A stretch of DNA of 35,833 nt. It comes from a virus (Duplodnaviria; Heunggongvirae; Uroviricota; Caudoviricetes). This document shows positions 9,293 through 18,542 of this stretch, piece after piece. Positions within the stretch are counted from its first letter, which is position 1. Every line of letters starts with the position of its first letter. The notes beneath the pieces were generated by a model. The model was not told the origin of the DNA and searched no databases. It saw only the letters and a program-made list of their open reading frames with translations. The position numbers and the translations under genes are program-made. Location of the stretch: positions 1 through 35,833 of IMG/VR virus record IMGVR_UViG_2565956762_000002; one strand, written 5' to 3'.

Positions 9293-10372
9293 GTGGCGTT
9301 ATCAGATGCGTTAATTACAGTAAATCAAGCCGAACGGGGCGGTGAAAACGCGTTGAGAGGCTTTTCATATCAAGCCTCTTGGGGGATAAATTATTTACTT
9401 GAGAAACAAAAAGAAAAGGAGAAATATTTATTTCTATTTGAATATCATGACGATATTCTTGTATTGAATTCATCTGTTTCTCCGACTAGTGCTGAGTTTA
9501 TCCAAGTTAAAACAAAAAAAGATGGTAAATGGACACTCGCAGCAATAGTGAACGCAACAAAAGCTAAACCTAAATCATTTGTTGCAAAACTATATGACCA
9601 TTTCTATCAATTCGTTGGTCACGAAATTTATATGGTTCTGTTATCGAATGCTGGATTCGATTTCTTAAATGATAATAACGAAAAAGGTAGTGATCTTAAT
9701 AATGAGCATAAGGAAATTATAATTAGTAAGGTTCAAGAGCAGCTAAATACTAAAAAAGAAGTTCCTCTTGATAAAATAAAATTTAAAACATCTGATCTTA
9801 GTTTGTTAGATCCTAACTCACATTTATACGGGAAAGTTGCAGTTTTTTTGAATTCTTACTTTGGGGATGATCATGGTATTAATTCAACAGCATTCACTAA
9901 ATTATTAATCAATAAATGTAATGAGAAGGTTAGTGTTGCTTCTAGTGATATCAAAACTTTTGAAGATTTAGTACTAAAGAAAGGTATATCTTCAGAATTT
10001 GTAACTGATTTATTATCTGGACTCATTGCAAGCATAAAAATAACGCCAAAATGGGAACAGGTTTGTATGTTGCTTGGTACTTTCTCAGATCCTTATGAGG
10101 GGATTAAATTACAATCAGTTTTTACACGCATATCAATAAAAGTGCTCAATGTCAATTCAATATACTATCTTTATTTTCTGGAATTTCAATCGGCTCTAAA
10201 GATTATAGAGCATTATCGTGAGATACCTGTTCGAGACCTCTTCTTTACACTCGAAAAAACAATTGCAGCGGGGGGCGGGGATTTCTCTTTATTAAATCAA
10301 GAAGAGAAATTTATGATTGCTATATATGCAATTATAAAGTTGACTTTTGAGGATGTTTCTTATGAAGAATAA
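9293..10372 (+). CDS. Candidate defense effector: predicted PD-(D/E)xK-like (Cap4/DUF4297-like) nuclease
   Basis: 359-aa ORF with GTG start at 9293 in an AT-rich island. N-terminal motifs RGFSYQASW ... EYHDDILVL ... EFIQVKTKK resemble a restriction-endonuclease-like D...(E/Q)xK core. Confidence 0.7.
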   Translation: MALSDALITVNQAERGGENALRGFSYQASWGINYLLEKQKEKEKYLFLFEYHDDILVLNSSVSPTSAEFIQVKTKKDGKWTLAAIVNATKAKPKSFVAKLYDHFYQFVGHEIYMVLLSNAGFDFLNDNNEKGSDLNNEHKEIIISKVQEQLNTKKEVPLDKIKFKTSDLSLLDPNSHLYGKVAVFLNSYFGDDHGINSTAFTKLLINKCNEKVSVASSDIKTFEDLVLKKGISSEFVTDLLSGLIASIKITPKWEQVCMLLGTFSDPYEGIKLQSVFTRISIKVLNVNSIYYLYFLEFQSALKIIEHYREIPVRDLFFTLEKTIAAGGGDFSLLNQEEKFMIAIYAIIKLTFEDVSYEE

Positions 10373-12020
10373 CGTTAAATTTAAAAATATAAAAATACTC
10401 TCATTAAGAGACAGAAAAGCTTTTTCTTATGAGTTTTCAGAAGGGGTTAACTTCATATATGGTACAAATGATGTTGGTAAATCAAGCCTGATTAAAAGTC
10501 TTTATTACACATTAGGTGGAGATTTAAGGCTTGATGATGCTTGGAAATCAGATGATATAGTTACACTGGTGGAAATTAATAACGGGGAAAATGATTTTAT
10601 TTTTTTACGTTATAAAAAGATTATTGGTGTCTTTGATTTGAAGAATGATGATCTAGTCGTGTATAACACGATTTCGTCATTAGCATCTCGTGTTTCAAAT
10701 ATATTTGGTTTTAAACTGGAATTACATAATAAATATACGGGTGCTACGACTCAGGCAAACCCTGCTTGTTTGTTTGCCCCATTCTTTATTGATCAGGATG
10801 AAGGATGGAAAGCGGTGATAAATTCTTTCGAAAACATGAGTATGTACTCAGAATGGCAAAAAAACATTCTTTACTATCACTCTGGAATTAAGCCAAAGGA
10901 ATATTATACAGTTCAAGGGAAAATCAAAGAAATTAAAGTTAAAATTTCAGAGTTAGATGGTTTTGTTAAGGTTCTAAAAAGAAGCAAAAGTAAGATTGAT
11001 GAATCTTTTGGCGTGGTTTTATTTGATGTTGATTTGGATTTTTATAAATCAAAGTTGGAACGTATATTAAATGAATATTCTAATTTGAATTTAGTTCAGA
11101 CAGAATATAGATTGAATCTTTTGAGGTTATATTCTAGGAAGAATTTCCTTGAGAGTGAACTCAAAGAGATAACTGCGATTATTGATAATGAATTTGAGAT
11201 TTCGAATTTTCGAGATGATAATGTTGCTTATTCAGTAAATGAATATAATTATATAAACCATAGAGATGAAATGCTCAAAAACATTGCTGTTCTTGCAGAT
11301 GAGAAAAGCAAGATTGAGGAAAATATTCCTAAATTGAATCAAAAGCTAGAAGAGTCAAGGGCTGCTTCAGAGGCGTTGCAGGCGCTGATTTTAGAAACTC
11401 AATCGGAAATAACGCTTCATGATGTTATTAAATCTGCTGCATACCATGAAATTGAATCTACTTTTATTTCACAGTTAGATGAGTTATTCGTTGAGATTGG
11501 TCGAAAAGAAGGCGAGTTGACAGAGTTACAAGAAGAATTAGAAGTATACAATGATAAGAAAAGAACTGTTAAAATAAATGACTGTTTCAAAGAGTATTTC
11601 GCTAAAGCTCTTAAAGAGCTTGGTGTCGAAAATACAAAGGTAGGTGGCCTTAGTAGTTATAATAATATTACTAAGGGCAAGACTGGTAGTCGAGGTCCTC
11701 GAGGTATATTTGCATTTCACTACGCGCTGCTTAGTGTTATGAAAAGCAACGCTTCAGTTGAGAATATGCCTATAGTAATAGACTCTCCAAAGCAACAAGA
11801 TTTGGATCCAGAGCATACGCATAAGCTTATAAAACTATGCTTGGATGGGTTTTCCCTTACAAATCAGATTATTATTGGAACTGTTGGTTATGAGAGTTTC
11901 ATGGATGGTTTTAATAGCATCAAACTTGAAAATAAATATCATCTTTTAAATGATGAACATTATGATAATGTTTATTCTCAATTAATGCCATTGTTTGAAC
12001 GGGTGATACTTTCAAGATGA
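10362..12020 (+). CDS. Candidate defense partner: SMC/Rad50-like ABC ATPase with long coiled-coil
   Basis: ATG at 10362 overlaps the upstream stop (ATGAAGAATAA); GAGGA lies upstream. N-terminal P-loop GTNDVGKSS, about 250 aa of heptad-rich coiled-coil, and a C-terminal head with MPIVIDSPKQQDLDPEHTH. Confidence 0.75.
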   Translation: MKNNVKFKNIKILSLRDRKAFSYEFSEGVNFIYGTNDVGKSSLIKSLYYTLGGDLRLDDAWKSDDIVTLVEINNGENDFIFLRYKKIIGVFDLKNDDLVVYNTISSLASRVSNIFGFKLELHNKYTGATTQANPACLFAPFFIDQDEGWKAVINSFENMSMYSEWQKNILYYHSGIKPKEYYTVQGKIKEIKVKISELDGFVKVLKRSKSKIDESFGVVLFDVDLDFYKSKLERILNEYSNLNLVQTEYRLNLLRLYSRKNFLESELKEITAIIDNEFEISNFRDDNVAYSVNEYNYINHRDEMLKNIAVLADEKSKIEENIPKLNQKLEESRAASEALQALILETQSEITLHDVIKSAAYHEIESTFISQLDELFVEIGRKEGELTELQEELEVYNDKKRTVKINDCFKEYFAKALKELGVENTKVGGLSSYNNITKGKTGSRGPRGIFAFHYALLSVMKSNASVENMPIVIDSPKQQDLDPEHTHKLIKLCLDGFSLTNQIIIGTVGYESFMDGFNSIKLENKYHLLNDEHYDNVYSQLMPLFERVILSR

Positions 12021-12026
12021 AAATAT

Positions 12027-12044
12027 GGCCTCAGAAATGAGGCC
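12027..12044. terminator. Bidirectional terminator hairpin between convergent genes
   Basis: Perfect hairpin GGCCTCA-GAAA-TGAGGCC between the cassette ATPase (+) and portal Q (-). Confidence 0.55.
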
Positions 12045-12060
12045 GACTAAATTATCTTAA

Positions 12061-13095
12061 TTAAATTTTTAGTTCGTAGGTTGAAAAATTTATAATTCTA
12101 TCGTTTAACCAATTATTTATTTCTAGAAACATTTTTTGTAGAGGCAGTAGCTCATTTCGTACAAATACTGTGCTTGCCTTTTCGATATCCCCAAACCCCC
12201 CGACATTATTAGGCATTATCCCCATCATTTGTGGCGGCACACGATGCGCCGCCATCATGTCGTCCCGGCTCACGTTCTTGATGTTTAAAAACTCATCCTT
12301 CGCCGCCACTTCTGACAACGGGATAATCTGAAGCCCGTCCTTTTTACCGTTAGGCGAGTACATAAACAGGTTACGGAAGTTACCAGGACCTTTGGCGCTT
12401 TTCATCGCATTGCGGAGGTTGTTCACATCCTCCTGGTTCTGCGCAGCATCGGTCATGTACATGATGAAGCCTGCATGACTGCCGTTAATGTAATACTTGC
12501 GGCGGAACAGCGTGGCGGACTCGTTGAGCAGAGCTGACGGAATGGCAGAAAGATAACCGGGCAGGCCGTAGATCTCCTGGTTAATGTCCGGTTCCATCAG
12601 ATGAAAAATGCTGCCTTTCGTGAACTGATACGGCTGGGTTGTCATACCGTATTGCACAAACCAGTAGGTATCCAGGTCTAACCCGCGTCGGGTGTATTTT
12701 GCCAGTGCAGGCTCAAGGGCGATAACTTCACCGAAGCGGTTCGTGCGTTTCTCCAGGTAGGCGTTACCAAAAACCAGATAGTCCTGCACAAAACGCGAAA
12801 AAGCCTGCTGGCTGAGCAGCGGGTGAGGGATGTAGGTGCTGGTCAGAATGTTGCACTTCACTGCAATCGGTGAGCTGTGATGCACGGCGGCGCGGAAGGT
12901 TCGCGCCAGTCCGTCGAAACTCACAGGCGGCTCATACCAACGATCCATCTGTACGCATTCCACATAGTCCAGCAGTTCGCGGCGGTCCAGAACAGGAACG
13001 GGATCACCGAAGCTGAATGCTTCGGCTGAAGTCTGGCTTTTATGCTGGATCTGTTTCGTCGACGCAGCGCGGTTCTTCTTACTCTTTCCCATCAA
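12061..13095 (-). CDS. Q: Portal protein (P2 gpQ family)
   Basis: 344 aa, same length as P2 Q; divergent from O-N-M as in P2. Confidence 0.92.
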   Translation of the reverse strand: MMGKSKKNRAASTKQIQHKSQTSAEAFSFGDPVPVLDRRELLDYVECVQMDRWYEPPVSFDGLARTFRAAVHHSSPIAVKCNILTSTYIPHPLLSQQAFSRFVQDYLVFGNAYLEKRTNRFGEVIALEPALAKYTRRGLDLDTYWFVQYGMTTQPYQFTKGSIFHLMEPDINQEIYGLPGYLSAIPSALLNESATLFRRKYYINGSHAGFIMYMTDAAQNQEDVNNLRNAMKSAKGPGNFRNLFMYSPNGKKDGLQIIPLSEVAAKDEFLNIKNVSRDDMMAAHRVPPQMMGIMPNNVGGFGDIEKASTVFVRNELLPLQKMFLEINNWLNDRIINFSTYELKI

Positions 13096-14858
13096 AAAAT
13101 CTCCACAATATTGCTGGTATTGGCGGACTCGCCCTGCAGCGGTTCGTTAAACAGTGCGTGCATTGTTGCCCAGGCCAGATCGGCATGGCTGGCTTCTTCG
13201 CTGCGGCTGGCTTCATAGGTCGGGCGGTTGCCACTGGCAGTGGTAGCGCGACGGATTGCCATAAATGACTGCGCAATGTCGGTGTGCCCGGCGTCAAACT
13301 CCAGACGGCGGTGGCTGATAATGTCGTAGGCCTTGAGTACCAGGGCGTTTTTAACGTTGGGGTTGTAGACAAACTCCCTGACGGCAGGAAAAAACGCTTT
13401 CACGTTCTCGTAAACCCCGTGACCGACGCCGGTTGAGTCGATACCGATGTATGTCACGTTGTACTGTTCAGTCAGTTTTTTGATGGCGTCAGCCTGGGCG
13501 CGGAAGTCCATCCCGCGCCACTGGTGACGCTCAAGAATGCGGAACTTACCGCCCGGCACGGCTGGCGGTGCCACCACCACGCACCCGGCGCTGTCGCCGT
13601 TTTGCGTACCTTTTGCCGGGTCATAACCGATCCACACTTCGCGCCAGCCAAACGGGCGCAGGGCTAGTGCATGAAAGTCGGTCCAGACTTCCCAGCTGTC
13701 CACCATGCACGCCTGCAGCTCGCTGAGCGGAAACACGGACGCGAGATCGTCCACAAACTCGCACATCAGCAGGTTCTGGTATTCGTCCGGGCTGTACTCC
13801 ATGCGCAACTGGTCGAGATCGAACAGGTTACATCCGCCGCGCACAGCATCTTCCACGGTGACTATCTGGCGGTATTGCCCGTCTGCGCACAGCAGGCCGG
13901 GGGCCAGATTGCTGTGGGACAGGTCGATGTCCACCTTATCGGCTTTGTTGCGCCCACGGTTGAACAGCGCACCGGACCAGAACGGATAAGCACTGTGTGT
14001 CAGGCTGGATGGTGTGGAAAAATAGGTTTGTCGCCATTTTTTGTGAATAGCCATACCGGAAGCCACTTTGCGCAGCTCCTGGAATTTCGGTATCCAGAAA
14101 TATTCATCCAGATACAGGTTGCCGTGGTAACTCTGGGCCGTGCGGGCATTGGTGCCGAGGAAGTAAAGCGTAGCCCCGCTGGGAAGCACCATCGGATCGC
14201 CTTTCAGCTCCACTTCCACTTCTTTGGCGAAGTCGATGATGTACTGTTTAAAGACGTGGGCCTGTGCCTTACTGGCGGAAAGGAAAATCTGGTTACGTCC
14301 GGTAAGCAGGGCGTCAATCAGGGCTTCACGGGCAAAGTAAAAGGTCGCGCCGATCTGGCGTGACTTCAGCAGGTTGCGGATGCGGTTGGTTTTTCCGGCT
14401 TCCCACCAGTGGCGCTGGTAGTTGAACATGGAGGAATGGAAGATTTTTTCCAGCTTCTCAATCTGTTCATCGGTGAAAACGTTCTTTTCCGGCTGACGAC
14501 GCGGGCCTTTGTTGCGGTTGGCGACGTTAGGGTTTAAGTCGGCTTCGTTGCCGCCATTGTTAAACTTGCCGATCCGCGCGTGGCGCTCCGACTGGCGCGC
14601 CAGCAGGTCAATCTCTTTGAAATCTTTCCCTTCTTTGTGCTCCTTCATGATGAGCTGGCAGTAGCGTGCGGCGGTGGTGAGCTGCATCTGATCCAGCGGC
14701 CCATAGTCACCCCACTTGTCGCGTTTCTTCCAGCTGTGAACGGTTGCAACTTTCTCGCCCAGCATTTCAGCAATGCGGGCTACGCGATATCCCTGAAAGT
14801 ACAGCAGCATGGCCTGCCGACGGGGATCGAGATCTGCGGATGTCAGTGTGGTGTTCAT
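13092..14858 (-). CDS. P: Terminase large (ATPase) subunit (P2 gpP family)
   Basis: 588 aa, overlapping the Q start; conserved position. Confidence 0.92.
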   Translation of the reverse strand: MNTTLTSADLDPRRQAMLLYFQGYRVARIAEMLGEKVATVHSWKKRDKWGDYGPLDQMQLTTAARYCQLIMKEHKEGKDFKEIDLLARQSERHARIGKFNNGGNEADLNPNVANRNKGPRRQPEKNVFTDEQIEKLEKIFHSSMFNYQRHWWEAGKTNRIRNLLKSRQIGATFYFAREALIDALLTGRNQIFLSASKAQAHVFKQYIIDFAKEVEVELKGDPMVLPSGATLYFLGTNARTAQSYHGNLYLDEYFWIPKFQELRKVASGMAIHKKWRQTYFSTPSSLTHSAYPFWSGALFNRGRNKADKVDIDLSHSNLAPGLLCADGQYRQIVTVEDAVRGGCNLFDLDQLRMEYSPDEYQNLLMCEFVDDLASVFPLSELQACMVDSWEVWTDFHALALRPFGWREVWIGYDPAKGTQNGDSAGCVVVAPPAVPGGKFRILERHQWRGMDFRAQADAIKKLTEQYNVTYIGIDSTGVGHGVYENVKAFFPAVREFVYNPNVKNALVLKAYDIISHRRLEFDAGHTDIAQSFMAIRRATTASGNRPTYEASRSEEASHADLAWATMHALFNEPLQGESANTSNIVEIF

Positions 14859-14904
14859 GGCACAAACCTACAGCCTTGAATGAAGGCTTTCCCCGCCTGC
14901 GGTT

Positions 14905-14922
14905 TGTGTGGTTGTCGGTACA
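14905..14922. promoter_or_regulatory. Late-promoter activator (Ogr) site, TGT-N12-ACA
   Basis: TGTGTGGTTGTCGGTACA in the P/O divergent intergenic region, about 80 bp upstream of the O start. Confidence 0.45.
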
Positions 14923-15000
14923 AATACCGCGCATTGTTTCACTGCCCTCATCACCGCAACCATAAGGCTCCAGTAAGTTTTTTCTAACGGAGCACGGCTC

Positions 15001-15834
15001 ATGACAGTGAAAGCAAAGCGTTTTCGCATCGGGGTGGAAGGTGCCACCACCGACGGACGCGAAATCCAGCGTGAATGGCTGGAACAGATGGCAGCCAGCT
15101 ACAACCCGGCAGTGTATACCGCGCTGATTAACCTTGAGCACATCAAGTCTTATCTGCCGGACAGCACCTTTAACCGCTACGGCAAGGTAACGGCGCTGTT
15201 TGCTGAAGAAATCACGGAAGGTCCGCTGGCAGGCAAGATGGCGCTGTATGCCGACGTTGAGCCAACGGAGTCCCTGTTGGAGCTGGTGAAAAAAGGCCAG
15301 AAATTATTCACTTCTATGGAAGTCAGCCCGAAGTTCGCTGATACGGGCAAAGCCTACCTGGTTGGCCTGGCTGCCACTGATGATCCAGCCAGTCTGGGTA
15401 CGGAAATGCTGACATTCAGCGCCAGTGCAGCCCATAACCCGCTGGCAAACCGCAAGCAGAATCCCGCCAATCTCTTTACCGCCGCAGAGGAAACGGTGAT
15501 CGAACTGGAAGAAATCCAGGATGACAAACCGTCCCTGTTTGCCCGCGTCACGGCGCTGTTCACCAAAAAAGAGCAGTCCGACGATGCCCGGTTCTCTGAT
15601 GTGCATAAGGCCGTGGAGCTGGTCGCCACTGAGCAGCAAAACCTGAGCGCACGCACCGAAAAATCCCTGTCTGAGCAGGAAGAACGCCTGTCTGAGCTGG
15701 AGACAGCCCTGCAGGCACAACAGGCCGCCTTTAACGAACTGGTGGACAAGCTGAGCCATGAGGACTGCCGCCAGGACTACCGCCAGCGTGCAACAGGCGG
15801 TAACGCCCCCGCTGACACTCTGACCAATTGCTGA
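15001..15834 (+). CDS. O: Capsid scaffolding protein (P2 gpO family)
   Basis: 277 aa; FRIGVEG ... NLEH motifs and position. Confidence 0.9.
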   Translation: MTVKAKRFRIGVEGATTDGREIQREWLEQMAASYNPAVYTALINLEHIKSYLPDSTFNRYGKVTALFAEEITEGPLAGKMALYADVEPTESLLELVKKGQKLFTSMEVSPKFADTGKAYLVGLAATDDPASLGTEMLTFSASAAHNPLANRKQNPANLFTAAEETVIELEEIQDDKPSLFARVTALFTKKEQSDDARFSDVHKAVELVATEQQNLSARTEKSLSEQEERLSELETALQAQQAAFNELVDKLSHEDCRQDYRQRATGGNAPADTLTNC

Positions 15835-15850
15835 TGGAGCATAAAACCCG

Positions 15851-16909
15851 ATGAAGAAGAATACCCGCTTTGCTTTTAACGCTTACCTGCAGCAGCTGGC
15901 GCGTCTGAACGGTGTGGCAGTTGAAGAACTGTCCAGCAAGTTCACCGTAGAGCCGTCTGTGCAGCAGACGCTGGAAGACCAGATCCAGCAGTCCGCCGCT
16001 TTCCTGACGCTGATTAACGTCACGCCAGTGACTGAGCAGTCCGGTCAGCTGCTGGGGTTGGGTGTTGGTAGCACCATTGCCGGAACCACTGACACCACCG
16101 CGAAAGAGCGTGAACCTGTCGATCCTACGCTGATGGTCGATGTGGAATACAAATGCGAGCAGACCAACTTTGACACGGTACTGACCTACGCGAAGCTGGA
16201 CCTGTGGGCGAAGTTTCAGGATTTCCAGGTGCGTATCCGTGACGCCATCGTGAAACGTCAGGCACTGGACCGCATCATGATCGGCTTTAACGGCGTGAAG
16301 CGTGCGAAAACCTCCAACCGCAGCGAAAACCCGCTGCTGCAGGATGTGAACAAAGGCTGGCTGCAGAAAATCCGTGAGGATGCACCGGATCACGTCATGG
16401 GCAGCACCACCACGGGTGGTGAAACCACACCGGGTGCGGTGAAAGTCGGTAAAGGTGGCGAATATGCCAACCTGGACGCCGTGGTGATGGATGCCGTTAA
16501 TGAGCTTATCGACGTGGTCTACCAGGACGATGACGATCTGGTGGTGATTTGCGGTCGTGAACTGCTGTCTGACAAGTATTTCCCGCTGGTCAACAAAGAG
16601 CAGGAAAACAGTGAAAAACTGGCAGCCGATATGATTATCAGTCAGAAACGCATGGGCGGTCTGCAGGCCGTGCGTGCGCCGTTCTTCCCGCCGAATGCGC
16701 TGCTGATCACCCGTCTGGATAACCTGTCCATCTACTGGCAGGAAGACACCCGCCGCCGTTCAGTTATCGACAACCCGAAACGTGACCGGATTGAAAACTT
16801 TGAATCTGTTAACGAAGCCTATGTGGTTGAGGACTACCGCTGCGCCGCACTGGTGGAAAACATCCAGATTGGCGATTTCAGCGCCGCCGCAGCAGAAGCC
16901 GGAGCGTAA
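15851..16909 (+). CDS. N: Major capsid protein (P2 gpN family)
   Basis: 352 aa; FKFNAYL, GFNGVKRA and QKRMG motifs recalled from P2 N. Confidence 0.92.
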   Translation: MKKNTRFAFNAYLQQLARLNGVAVEELSSKFTVEPSVQQTLEDQIQQSAAFLTLINVTPVTEQSGQLLGLGVGSTIAGTTDTTAKEREPVDPTLMVDVEYKCEQTNFDTVLTYAKLDLWAKFQDFQVRIRDAIVKRQALDRIMIGFNGVKRAKTSNRSENPLLQDVNKGWLQKIREDAPDHVMGSTTTGGETTPGAVKVGKGGEYANLDAVVMDAVNELIDVVYQDDDDLVVICGRELLSDKYFPLVNKEQENSEKLAADMIISQKRMGGLQAVRAPFFPPNALLITRLDNLSIYWQEDTRRRSVIDNPKRDRIENFESVNEAYVVEDYRCAALVENIQIGDFSAAAAEAGA

Positions 16910-16912
16910 CCT

Positions 16913-17563
16913 ATGAGCCTGAGTCCCGCACGGCAGCATCGCCTGCGCGTTCAGGCTGAACAGGCCGCCCGTGAAGGCGGCAGTGTTCGCCACGCGTCGG
17001 GCTATGACCTGATGCTGCTGCAACTGGCGGAAGACCGCCGCCGTCTCAAGGGCGTTCAGTCCACGGTGAAAAAAGCGGAAATAAAGGTGGAGCTGCTGCC
17101 GAAATATGCCGCCTGGGCGGAGGGCGTCCTGGCTGCCGGAGGCGCTCAACAGGATGACGTGCTGATGTACGTGATGCTGTGGCGCATTGATGCCGGAGAT
17201 TATGCCGGGGCGCTGGAGATCGGGCGTCATGCCCTGCGTCATGGCTGGGTGATGCCGCTGGGTAACCGCAACGTGCAGACCGTGCTGGCAGAGGAAATGG
17301 CAGATGCAGCGCAGAGCGCAATGCTTGCCGCCACCGGCTTTGATGCCGATCTGTTGCTGCAGACGCTGGAGCTGACAGACGGTCTGGATATGCCGGACCA
17401 GTCACGGGCGCGTCTGCATAAAGCGATTGGCGCTGTCCTGAGTGAAAGCAATCCGGCTTCCGCCCTTAATCATCTCAACCATGCGTTACAGCTCGATCCC
17501 CGCTGTGGCGTGAAAAAAGACAAACAGCAGCTGGAGCGCAGACTGCGCAATGACAGCCGCTGA
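16913..17563 (+). CDS. M: Terminase small (endonuclease) subunit (P2 gpM family)
   Basis: 216 aa directly after N. Confidence 0.85.
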   Translation: MSLSPARQHRLRVQAEQAAREGGSVRHASGYDLMLLQLAEDRRRLKGVQSTVKKAEIKVELLPKYAAWAEGVLAAGGAQQDDVLMYVMLWRIDAGDYAGALEIGRHALRHGWVMPLGNRNVQTVLAEEMADAAQSAMLAATGFDADLLLQTLELTDGLDMPDQSRARLHKAIGAVLSESNPASALNHLNHALQLDPRCGVKKDKQQLERRLRNDSR

Positions 17564-17658
17564 CAGAACGTGCCCCCGCGCACGGGCGGCACGGGGTGGC
17601 GAAAGGCACCGCCACATCAAAACCCCGTCCACCGCCCTCTATTTCAGGAGAAAGCAGC

Positions 17659-18123
17659 ATGAAGTTTGTTGCGCCAGAACAGGCACCGGAACAGGCGGAA
17701 ATCATCAGAAATACGCCGTTCTGGCCTGATGTGGACCTGTCGGAGTTTCGCAGCGTGATGCGCACTGACGGCACGGTGACGCAGCCGCGTTTAAAGCAGG
17801 TTGCGCTGTCGGCAATTTCGGAGGTCAACGCAGAGCTGTATGAGTTTCGCAGACGCCAGCAGATGCTGGGGTATGCCTCGCTGGCAGAGGTTCCGGCAGA
17901 ACAGCTGGACGGGAAAAGTGAGCGCATTCAGCACTATTTCAACGCGGTTTACTGCTGGGCACGCGCCATGCTCAACGAACGATACCAGGACTATGACGCC
18001 ACGGCATCCGGTGTGAAGCGAGGTGAAGAACTGGCAGAAGCCAGCGGTGATTTGTGGCGTGACGCCCGCTGGGCCGTCAGCCGGGTGCAGGATGCGCCGC
18101 ACTGCACAGTGGAGCTTATCTGA
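17659..18123 (+). CDS. L: Head completion/stabilisation protein (P2 gpL family)
   Basis: Start at ATG 17659 preceded by AGGAG; NTPFWPD ... LWRDARWAV motifs. Confidence 0.8.
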   Translation: MKFVAPEQAPEQAEIIRNTPFWPDVDLSEFRSVMRTDGTVTQPRLKQVALSAISEVNAELYEFRRRQQMLGYASLAEVPAEQLDGKSERIQHYFNAVYCWARAMLNERYQDYDATASGVKRGEELAEASGDLWRDARWAVSRVQDAPHCTVELI

Positions 18124-18323
18124 TGAAAGTACGTGCGCATCAGTATGACACGGTGGACGCGCTTTGCTGGCGTCATTACGGACGTACACAGGGTGTCACG
18201 GAGCAGGTACTGAAGGCAAATCCGGGGCTTGCCGAACACGGCCCCTTTTTACCTCACGGGCTGCAGGTGGAGCTGCCGGACATTCCGACCACCACCGTGC
18301 AGACCGTCCAGCTATGGGACTGA
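18123..18323 (+). CDS. X: Tail protein X
   Basis: 66 aa, overlapping the L stop; conserved position. Confidence 0.8.
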   Translation: MKVRAHQYDTVDALCWRHYGRTQGVTEQVLKANPGLAEHGPFLPHGLQVELPDIPTTTVQTVQLWD

Positions 18324-18326
18324 ATT

Positions 18327-18542
18327 ATGACGCTTGAGCGAATCAGCGCCTTTATCACGTATTGCATCGCCGTCGTGCTGGCCTGGCTGGGCGATTTGTC
18401 CATCAAGGATGCCTCAACGCTGGGCGGCCTGATGATTGGTGTGCTGATGCTGGCTATCAACTGGTACTACAAACACAAAGCCTACCAGCTTCTGCGCGAC
18501 GGGCAGATCTCGCGGGAGGATTATGAATCCATCAATCGTTAA
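18327..18542 (+). CDS. Y: Holin
   Basis: 71 aa with two hydrophobic segments and a charged C-terminus, directly upstream of the endolysin. Confidence 0.7.
   Translation: MTLERISAFITYCIAVVLAWLGDLSIKDASTLGGLMIGVLMLAINWYYKHKAYQLLRDGQISREDYESINR

Noticed and set aside
12021-12060. Hairpin between the cassette and Q as the cos site
   Set aside because: It is AT-flanked with a short perfect stem, unlike the GC-rich 19-nt cohesive end of P2/186; better explained as a bidirectional terminator.
13671-14363. 230-aa plus-strand ORF inside the terminase P gene
   Set aside because: Lies antisense within a well-supported conserved gene with no RBS; long antisense ORFs like this are expected in GC-rich coding sequence.
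17596-17658. Upstream in-frame extension of the L ORF (start at 17596)
   Set aside because: A better RBS (AGGAG) precedes ATG 17659, and the extension has no counterpart in P2 L as recalled.
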